DNA from: Chrysomallon squamiferum
Taxonomy: Eukaryota > Animalia > Mollusca
DNA: 64,000 nucleotides
NCBI GenBank assembly: GCA_012295275.1
Contig: CM022671.1
Location: 620,001-684,000 of the forward strand
Direction: 5' to 3'
In this document: positions 53,311 to 64,000 of the stretch, piece by piece
Layout of the letters: each line of letters begins with the position of its first letter
Numbering within the stretch: the stretch's first letter is position 1
Notes under the pieces: model-generated
Databases searched by the model: none
Told to the model about the DNA's origin: nothing
Seen by the model: only the letters and a program-made list of their open reading frames with translations
Position numbers and translations under genes: made by a program

Positions 53311-55213
53311 CCTCATTCATTTATTTGTGGCAATTATAAGCTGATTTTCTGTCCATCTTTCCGTTTCAAACTCTTTTCTATTTTCTCTTTTTCCCTTCTT
53401 TCTGAATGAGTAAGCAGGCTGGGTTACACATGGAAGGAACTTGTTTGAAAACAAATATGGTATTAATATCTCTGTCTTTTAATCTTGGTTTTTGCTGCAG
53501 ATTATTTGTTTAACAGTGCATTAGCACTATACATAAATAAGATATTAGATGTCAGTGATCTAAGCATGAGAAGAAAAATCTGTATCTGCTGCTGTTTAGC
53601 TAAACCACTGTAGACATTTCATAATACAGCCCAGAATGTATCTCTTATACATTACGTTTTCAATAATATTGTAGGGTTTAATACAGCAGGTCAGTATTTG
53701 TGATAACATTCAGTAACATTGCTATTATATTTATGGCATTATTATTATATAGAAATAAGTACCAAGATGTCATAAAACTTTTGTTTATTTCATTCATGGC
53801 TGATTAGAAAATGGAGTAAACAGGATCTAATTTAAACTGTTTTTAATACGATACTTCGATAAAATAACTGTCAGAATTAACATACTCTTCAGCAGTCTGT
53901 TTTAAATTTCAGCAACAGGTTTTGCTAATTGCAGATAACATGATAATATGATATAATACATTATCTAGATCCAAATATGCTGTACACTGGCTTTCTTATT
54001 TGTTGTTATTATAAATTAGATCAGTTACACAGAAAAAGAACTGAACTTAGTGTGTGCATTGTCTGGATCTTCTAAAGACTCACTGAATATATTATAATTT
54101 ATTTTATCATTACCAGTTATTTGGAATAAAAGATATTATTGTGAAAATCCTTACTACCATTAATAGCAGTAAACAAACTTTTAATGTACCTTTCAATAGA
54201 AGAAAAAAAAAATTTAACTGTCAAAACACACTTAAATATTTATCATTGTAAATATAATAACAATAACAACAACAGTTCATTTATTCCTTTCTTCATTTTA
54301 CAAGTATCATTACTATCATCATCATCATCACTGTGAATAGATTAACATAACTGATGTGATACAGATCTATACTAAGCTCTCTGTTCTCTGTCTGCTCAAA
54401 CAGCCACCATTTTACAACAGGAAATAGTGTGGTTGTTATCCTCTCACTGTATCTGAGGATGAAGCTAATTTGGGAGGAAAGGTCTTGTATTGTTTATTAC
54501 AGTAATTGCTTTATTTATTTTATCATTTTCAGCTTGATTATTTGATTTTTGCAAGGAAAAATCTCCCAGTGTCTGCACTATAGATGGAAGGATAACCAAC
54601 ATGTTAGCAGTTGTACTGAGAGTAGTGTACACACGGAAGGTATCGCAAGAAGTATCATGGTTGTTGGGTTTTTTTGGTTTTTTCTTTCAAGTTTTTTTTT
54701 GTGTTATCTTGAGAAGATAACATCTCTTCTCCTGTTCCTTGTTGAACATTTCCCTACCCAGATATTCACACAGGACACGACTTTTCCGAGATAGATAGGC
54801 TGCAGTGGTGGTAATTGCCAGCTGATTTATAGCTGGTGCTTGTAAAAACAAATGGGTATTTTTAACAATTATGAAATGATTAATACTCTGCATGTGTTGA
54901 TATATTTCTTGGAGGAACAGTTTCAAGTATTTTATGGTGTCTTAAATTGCAAACCAGATACAGCAAATGTTATTCAGAATATCAGACGTTTTTGAAAAAT
55001 TATAATGATTTTTCTTAATTCATGTTTTGGTTGTTCCCCCATACTTTTTTATTTTTAATGTTTTAAAAAATAATAAAATGAAAATAAGGCAGAGATGAAT
55101 GAATGTACATTACACACAAACATACTGGCAATTACTCTTTCACTCTTTGATAATATAACTTTATTTGTGACAGTAATGAATTAGTTTTGTTATATATTTT
55201 TTTATATGTTAAA

Positions 55214-55253
<40 letters not shown>

Positions 55254-58200
55254 TGACCCAAGTACACATGTAACTGTGCAAGCTTGGTATAAATTTTAAT
55301 TTTCCATATGTTAATGTAATCTTGTAAGTTTGTAATTAGTTGTTTCTCAGCCAGTTTCTTGATCATTTCTTGTTTCTGATAACTAATTATGTCTTGTAGA
55401 TACGTTAACACTTTGATCTCTTTGTCACTTTCTTTGTAGCTTATAACAAAGAAGAGTAAATTAATCAATGCCTTTAGAGTATTTTATAATTACCACAGTA
55501 ATGAATTTGTCATTAGAAATTGTATCATATAAACAAGATGGGAAAGATAAAGAAATAAAGTTCATAACATAATTTAGGATGTAAAGAACTGTGCAGTTAC
55601 ATTTTAATGTGTTTGTGTGTGAACGATATTTTCTAAAAAAATAAACAAAAATTGTGTATGTAACATTTGATATCTTATTATATTTTGTTATTCTTAAATT
55701 TTATAATATTGGAATTTAAATATATTTTTGCCCAGTTCACGTCATCATATATACAACATGATTAGTAACATTAAAATGTATTAAACTTTAAATAAATAAA
55801 TACTAATTCATTTTTTTAAGTTGTTAACGTTTTTCATATTAAAAGCAAGATAATACATTTTTTTTTTTTTTTTTTTTTCTTTAAAACCATCCATTTCTGC
55901 ATTTATTTGATCATTTCTGTCTTCAAGTAATTTATATTGCCCATCATCCATACACCCATCCATCCCAGCTGTCGTTTCATCAGTCTTTACATCCATCTGT
56001 CTTTAGACATCACTGAGCACTGGTTGAAACCTTCAGCAGTATCAATAGTACAACTTGTTATTTTTGAAAGACTGCTGAACTTTGTAGACTTCACAGGTCT
56101 AATCCAGTCTGTAGACCTTTGCTGGTCTGTTCAGCGTGGTCTGTAGACAGTCCACTCATTTCCCTACAGACTTCCAGCCATTGTTTCCCACCTGTTTACA
56201 CAGACTGCAAATGTATGGAGAGCTTGGAATTTCGTTTTCCTTTCTGCACAGTATCAACAGCCAAGTGCTGTTGTTTCCACTGTAAAGAAAAGTTGTTCTA
56301 AAGGTCTTCCAGGTCCCTCTGGGTAAAAAGGGTAAAATGAAGTACTGTGGAGATTGCCAGTGTGCTTTGGGAATGTTCTGTGATAACTGTTAAAAGGTTC
56401 ACTGGCAGGCAGAGGTTTGTTTGTGATCAAACTTAGACAACTGCAGGATGGTTTTTATTAAAAGTGTTTGCTTTTTGACATAACTTAATCATGATGTGAT
56501 CTTTTGTTTTAAAATATTTATTTTGTTTTCTATCCAAACTTTTCAGTTTTCAAAATTTAGTTTTTATACCATCTTTCTGTTAGATTCTGTATTGTTCTGT
56601 CATTTTTAGATATTATTTCTTCTTAATAATCAGGTATATTTTTCATTTCCCATAATTTAAAACTTTGATTTCATATTATGATTATTTCCTTACCCAGGCC
56701 GGTCCATCATGCTTCCTTTGCCTGAATCATACATATTATATCAATCCATAGTACAAATATTTTTCTTCCATTACTTCATATCACATTTTCTTTAATAGTT
56801 TTTTACCTGTTAAAATCCTATTTTTACATGTTTAGCAACTAGAAACCATGCATCTTTTAATATGTGCCACAGCATAAACATTGGACATCTATCTTCACCA
56901 TCCAGATACCAGATTCTCTTCACCTTGCATGTTATTTACATCTTCCCACATTTATCATATTTCCTATCCACAAACATCTATAATTCAGACCAAATTTATG
57001 TACCTCTTGCTATTAAATAGCTGACAGCACCTTTCCAGTGAAGCAACCTATCCATGGTCTATAGTTGTCCATCACTCTACTATTTCTCAGCCAAGCATCA
57101 GCCAAAATTTATTATTTTGCACCTAGGCTCCTATCTTTAGACATCTGTAATGCCATGCACTATGATTTTCTTTAATTTAATCAATCTTGCAAAAAAAAAA
57201 AAGAAGAAGAAAAAGAGTCCTAAACCAGCTTTTACTTTTAAAAGTCTTGATATGTTTATGTACTTAGTTTTCTTATAATTATTTGAAAAGAACATATTTC
57301 CCACTTTCTTCAACAAGATTTTTTTTAAAATGGCCTCTATTTTATTGTTATGCTTTATTATTTTCAAAGGTTAGAGTTGCAATGCAGAACAAATGTTTTT
57401 GCTTTTAGTTACACACATATTGCTTTTTTTTTTATCAGCTATTGGTTGGAAAGCTTCGGAACTTTTTCATTTGAATTTTCTGCTGGGATTAAAGAATTTG
57501 TTTTGACATTTTGTCATGCAGAGGTTTACGTGTTACCATCACTGATTAAAGTTGGCTAAAGCCAATAAAACTTGAAAAGAAATTTAAATAACATACAGAA
57601 ATATTGACGTTCGCAGCATTAAAAGTACAACAGCTGTGCGTTTTATGTGTGTGATTGTACAAACATGCAGCTCTTCAGCATACATTATGTGAAATATGTA
57701 GCACCAGGAGCAGATGAAAATAAACATTATTTATGTTAAATATATCATCATCACTGTGGAGTTTAAAAAAACTATTTGTTCAGATGTGGTTAATGTTTAA
57801 CTTCAGAGATTATGTATATATGGGTTGGTGATGAGTGATGATGAAATTTTTTATTATTATTATTTCATTTTTAATATTTAAATCATATATTTAAAAAAAA
57901 GGTTAAAAAATAAAAGAAATTTTATAAAAATGGATTCTTTGTTTTGCATAATATGAAAATGACGGCAAACTAATTCATAATATAATTAAAATATTTGTGA
58001 AAAATCTCTTTTTATTCGTTTCAAAACTAGTATCTTATATTAAAATTACAAATACTGAGACTGATTCATTAATGAATTAAGTTGTGTTTAGAAATGAATA
58101 TTGTACAAACAAACAATTTTTTTATTATCATTATTATTATTATTATTATTATTTAATTTACTTTTTATATATATATATATATTATTATTTTATTTTTTTT

Positions 58201-58576
58201 CCTGCGCTGGCACACACATGTAACGCATGCATACTGATGTAAGCATCATTGATCTTTCTCTTCAAAATTCCAGTGGCAAATAAATATGCACATAATTTTA
58301 CTACTTCTGTGAAAATAAACTATTCTGTTAACGATGCTTTGGTGTGTGACGTATCCAGTTTTCATTGTGCACACAATCTATTTCACATTACAGCACACAG
58401 GACTGTTTGTTAGAACCAGATGATGCCAGTGTTTCTGTCAGCTGTTCACTTTATATTTTAATTAATGCTTTTATGTAAGCGATGTAGAACAAGATAAAAG
58501 AAGTCTATATTTAGTTGTTACCATGATCATTTTGGAAGCATTGTGTATTCGTGTCTGTTGAATCGAGTATGCTCTG

Positions 58577-58607
<31 letters not shown>

Positions 58608-60532
58608 TTTGAAAAGAGCTTTGCAGAACAATTCACCTACAGAAGTTTGTGTGTGTCTGGGTTTGTTGTTTTTGTAATATATTGTTACAAGTTTTTAATT
58701 ATTCAGCACTCCATAGTCCTGAGGGTAACATTCATTCACTTGTTATCAGTTCATTTTATGCAACTCTGTATCAAATTTTTGAGAAAAAAAAAGAAAGAAA
58801 AAAGTTGCTTATGTTATTAAATCTGTATATTTTTGTAACAATTATGAAAACAGAAACTGTCTGTTGTCTGTCACAGACTTGAACATGTAATCTTGTGTGT
58901 CTGGCTTTTCTCTTAACCGTGACACAAATATTTACTTACTTAGTGCCAAGAAACATTGGCCCATGCCTTGTTCATATAAGTAACCAGCTCAGGAATTTGC
59001 TCATAGTTTGTAGTCACTTCCATTGGTGTTGCAAATAAAATAACTTTGCTCTTACAGGCCATCCATAAATAATTGTTTTACTACAAACCTTGAGAAGAAG
59101 AAGATGGGTTTGGATCTTTATGTATGAAGAGAAGCTGGATAATGTTTTTTCATCTCAAACACAGATAAATTAAGTTATTGCCATCCGAATGTCTTTGTCA
59201 GTGTGTGTGTTTGAAAATTAAACAGTTTAAGAACATTAAAACCCAGTAAAATGTGTGATAATGTTTACAGATACTAATGTACACCTTGGAATTGAGCATA
59301 ATCATGAAGAATCTTAAAGTTGACCACAAAATCTTGAGAGATCTTTAAATTTTGTGTTATGTCAAAATAAACACAGCAAATATTTGAAAATCATCATTGA
59401 TTCAACGCTGGTCTTGCTTTATATAATAAATTTCAATAATTAATTGAGAACACAGAAAAATGTCTTTTTTCTTCTTCTTCTTCTTTTTTAAGGTTTTAAA
59501 AAGATCAAGTCGTATTGCTCCAAGTCTCTGTATGAAGCTTGGTGGTTTAATGTAGCTCTTACACATGCAGATATATTATAAAATTATATTCGTTTCCACC
59601 TTTTATGGATGTTTCATTTCTGTTCCTAATTGTACTTAACATACAATCTGCTAATGGAAAGGGAAAGAGATTAGATGATAGTATTTATTACTACTTTTTA
59701 TAGGCTCTTACTATTCTTCTGTGTGTGCATGTGTGTGTGTGTGTGTGACTATGCATGCATGCATGTGTATAAATAGGTAATGCGTCCTACATGTGTTGTG
59801 CGTAACAACGTAATGTACATCCCACTGATAAACATCGCTACTACCACTGCATGTTATCTGTTACTTTGTTTTTAGATGTTATTTATGTAGAGGCTTCTTT
59901 CATAAAACTTTTAAAATTCTCGACAGTTAACACAATTACTAGAGACAGTAAGTCATTTTGCTGCAGTGTTAGGTGTGAAAACTCCTCATTAACCCAGAAC
60001 TGACAGAAGATTAGACAGCTAGTTAGTTCACTTTTCAATTTTCATTTAATCTTCCATTAATAAAATAATAAATAATTAAAACATTAATATAAAAGAATAC
60101 ATACAAACATGACAGAAATGAAAAAGCAGTTATTATGAAGAGAAATAACATAAATAAAAAGAAGCAGTAATAATTATTATATTGGGAAAATACAATACTT
60201 TATCATTCTAGTACAAGTGGTTCTGGCACTGTTAGGATTTAGTCTGTGTAATCTAACATTTGGCAAGACATGCTCTGTTCCAGCACTGATTTGCATTGTG
60301 CATTCAACCTGGCCCAGTGACTGTATCTTACACTCATGGCCTTTTCTCTCTGCTTTATTCTGATACCCTCCAGGAGGTAAAAACTCAAAATAGAGGTGTC
60401 ATTGAAGAATTCCAGGTCTGGTTTCCTCTCAGACCTTCACACCTGATGCTGAAGTACCAAACAGTGTAATAATCTTTTATTTCTTGCTGATAAGCAGTTT
60501 TTTTCTTTCTTTCTTTCTTTCAGTCTGCTCTT

Positions 60533-60535
<3 letters not shown>

Positions 60536-60578
<43 letters not shown>
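60536..60578. repeat. (CT)n microsatellite
   Basis: Direct reading. Confidence 0.9.
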
Positions 60579-60584
<6 letters not shown>

Positions 60585-62086
60585 TCCCTTTTACTCTCTC
60601 TCTTTCTCTCTCTGTCTTCTTCCCTTTCTGACTCTTTAACTTTCAATTTTTTCTTTCCTTTTTCAAAAAGTGTTATTTATATGAAAAGGAACAAGATGGT
60701 ATTGGCAAGTTACATTTCAACTATCTCATGCAGCAAAGACATCACAATTAAATCTGATAGGTTCTGACATCTTATTCTCTCATAGCTGTAAAGCAGAATT
60801 TGAAAAAAGCTGTAGCTCAGTGATTAAACCATTCACCCAAATCAGGGAATATTTTTATATCAGTTCTTTATATAAATATATCTAAAATAACTTTTGTTGT
60901 TAATCATCAATCATCCCATGTACTGACAACATCTCTGATGTCATCAGCTGAATCCTGACAAACCATTCACTGTTGACACCAGTCATGGAACAGCTGAGAG
61001 TACAGTGTCACTGAACAGTCTGTTACTTAACACTGTCACAATCAGTGTTAGAACTTCCCCACTCCCAGTTATAACAAACTAGATTATTAATATATTAGTC
61101 ATGTTTTGTACAGCCACTAATATATTTTCTTTCACTTGTTTCTCTTCCCAATCCATGTTTCAGGTGTATTAGTGATTACTGTTCAAAAAATCCCAGTAAG
61201 TAAAATGAATGGCAGATGATTTTGAACTTACAGTAGGACCAAAGAAACAACTTTCAAAACATTTTATCTACTGGACATATACTTGTGTAATATGTGATTT
61301 CATTTGAACTGATAATATTATTTTCATCTAATTGAAGTAATTGGTATCTTAGAGTTTTTTTAAATGTGATTACAACATATATAATTGTTTTTTTGGGGTG
61401 GTGGTGTTGTTGTTTAGGGTTTTTTTAAATTTCAAACAGTGTTCATCAAATTATTGTAACATAACTGATGAAATTATTACTCCAGTCAGTTCAGAAACAT
61501 CTGTTCAACAGACAAAGCATAATGTATATTTTTAAATAAAACATTATTTCCTGTTCCAACCACTGCTGAGTTAATGGCCTATTGTTAATTCATGTAGCTG
61601 TGACAGCAGGCCTGTTAATTCACACAAATGTTACACAAACACCTAATGATGACCTCCTGCTGCATTCAGACATCATTAGCAAATATTCCTTCTCTCACTC
61701 CTATCTTTCTTTCTTTCTTTCTTTCCCTAGTTCCAGAGTTGTATAGAAAAAGGAAAGTAACTTCAATGTCACTTATTAATATATAACACATACATGCGCA
61801 GACATACACACCAAATAATCACTTGAAATGCAAAGCAATAAAACAAAACTTCCTGTTTTAACTCATTTCTGAAGTTCTACACATCAGGAGCAGATGGCAT
61901 ATCATGATGCATTTTGAGAAGAATAAAAATAGCTTTTTTGTGTTATTTTTAACCATTTCTAAAATTTTGAATGATAGAAACAGATGATTGTTACAGATTT
62001 TTACTGTCCATTTCTTCTCCCATAAAAACACACACACCCAAACATAATACATATCACACACACACACACCCAAACATAATACATAT

Positions 62087-62117
<31 letters not shown>

Positions 62118-63307
62118 AAAACATATATAAGAAAAATGCCTTGGTGGATTATTTTTCTTCTGTTAGACATTTTAAAGACTTCATAAAACTTCACAGATTT
62201 ACAGTGAAAACAAATGTGTAAACCTGGTTATAGTGCCTGTAAGTTTTATTATTTGTTTTGTTAAGATGTTGTAAAGCTGTTTCTTTTGCCTGTAAAACAG
62301 AAACAAATAATTACAGCTTTTGAGTTAGTGTTACCCCAGACATTGCCTTGTTTCAGTATCTCATAAAATCTCTTTCTTTGTAATATTTGGATGTGCAATT
62401 TTTATTAAACAATTTATCATTAACCTCATCTAAAAATACTGCATATGCACCTTTTAAATTTCATCACAATGAATACTGTTATAATTCACATACAGTTTTA
62501 AGCACAAAAATATTTTCCTGTTTCATTGTACTTTTGTTTTGATTGTGTGATACTTTCACAATATTTGCCAGGATATGTATAAGCTATGTGGCAACAGCAG
62601 CCATCCATGTATAGAGCTGCAATGAGCCAAATTACCAGTAATCCACAATACACAATCCACAACACACAATACACATACACGATGTAGCATGAATACTACA
62701 ATAGCAGTGGATATATTTTTACATAAGGATGCATTTACGCTCATACACACAAGTACGTCTACATAAAGATGTTTATTTTTGTGGTATATTTAATTACCTA
62801 TTCATATGTACTGGTGATAAATTAAACATTTAGTCAGAAAATTTTATAGAATTAGTATCTGATAAAAGTTTGCCAGATTTTTTTAGTTACAAAAAAAAAA
62901 TTAATTATAATAAAAGTAAAATAAAATAATGATAGTGCTGTAATTTACTCAGCCAGTGTGTCGGAGTCAGATCATTAATACAGTTTTTCTCTTCAGGTAA
63001 TAATGAATATTTCCACTCAGTGTCATTGATTATAAGCAGTAGCATGCAAAGAAAACCAGATTATTAAAATAAAATACTTTTTTTCAGCTATTAATAAAGT
63101 AAATTTAGTCCATTGAAACAGAGTTTTTTCAGTGTTGAATGAAATAATGGAGAAAAGAAAAACTGTTTGGATAACTGATATAAATGAGTAGAACAGTAAA
63201 ACAATTTTCATAACTAGTATTTGCTACAGAATTAAATAATAATAATAATAAGTTTATTATTATTATTATTATATTAAAATAATAATGATAAAGATTTTTA
63301 ACATATA

Positions 63308-63578
63308 AACAAACCTATTATGGCAACCTCTATTAAGTAGCCAAATACTTATTTTTTAAAACTGACTTGATTTAAGCAGCCACCCATTTTAACATACCAT
63401 TTTGTGATACTTTGTTTTAGTGGGGTTTTAATACAGGTTTAACAAACAGTCTGGTCTAATTAATAAAGGATATCCCAACCCAATAAAAACAGTATTTTTG
63501 TAGATCGATCTCCTTTAAGCAGTCACCTATTTTAAACGGCCAGTTTGTTTCAGGTGTTTTTTTAATGCAGTTTGAACT
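63308..63578. mobile_element. Possible degenerate Tc1/mariner-type MITE(s)
   Basis: Repeated TTAAGCAG(C/T)CACC motifs, TTAATACAGGTTTAAC and GCAGTTTGAACTG ends. Confidence 0.4.
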
Positions 63579-64000
63579 GCCTCTAAATGCACACAGTCTG
63601 TTTTAATGAAGGTTATACTAGAACAACTGAAACAATATAAACATCAGTGAACGAAGACACACACAGGTTTTGAGTGTTCAGTATACTGGATTAAATATCA
63701 GCTAACACGTGAAACTGAATATATTTAAAATTGTTTTAATAACACAAGAAAATGCCAAGTGACTAATTATATCTGACATACTAGTAGCTGTGCATAAAGC
63801 TGAAAGCTGGCTGGACTAAGTTAATAACAGTTACAGTTTAGAACATGGGACTTGTAGTTTCCATAGGAAATACAGTTTGACTAGTTCTTTTTACTGAATG
63901 TATTAACAAAAATAAAAAAAAAAAAAAAAAAAATAAAAATAATAAATGAATGAATAAATAACAATTCTATTGTATATGTTTGTGTATAAGAAAATGAAAG

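Noticed and set aside
56689-57160. ATG ATG GAC CGG CCT GG|GTAAGG as a Cav1 first exon, and a purine-rich minus-strand stretch reminiscent of an old LINE
   Set aside because: The donor is phase 2 and incompatible with exon 2; the LINE similarity is too weak to call
46564-63211. Many 60-90 aa ORFs in DCP1 intron 2 as a possible nested gene
   Set aside because: Hydrophobic low-complexity translations typical of AT-rich non-coding DNA, with no recognisable domains or consistent splice structure

Overview
AT-rich, CpG-depleted animal genomic DNA, most likely a mollusc or other lophotrochozoan (inference from the channel sequence and repeat content). It contains two intron-rich genes arranged head-to-head, with start codons only about 560 bp apart. 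Minus strand: the 5' part of an L-type voltage-gated calcium channel alpha-1 subunit (Cav1, CACNA1C/D-like). I reconstructed 27 complete exons (39199 down to 296; 3600 nt, 1200 codons, all splice phases consistent) covering the N-terminus with an NSCaTE-like motif, repeats I-III with the E/E/E filter residues, the AID and the start of the III-IV linker. The gene runs off the left edge and has two minor-spliceosome (U12) introns, one AT-AC and one GT-AG. Plus strand: the first two coding exons of mRNA decapping factor DCP1, followed by a >18 kb intron that runs off the right edge. The most unusual features are: (i) a minisatellite built from the channel's own exon end and 5' splice site, giving 19 intronic donor copies; (ii) a second minisatellite resembling ~31 tandem acceptors; (iii) candidate recursive-splice sites, a micro-exon and an alternative first exon; (iv) the DCP1-Cav1 head-to-head linkage, which mirrors vertebrate DCP1A-CACNA1D and DCP1B-CACNA1C. 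There are also decayed TEs (LINE 3' end, Tigger, hAT MITE, SINE remnants) and microsatellites. I see no prokaryotic system, CRISPR array, tRNA or rRNA. Most ORFs in the supplied track are spurious or are exon fragments.
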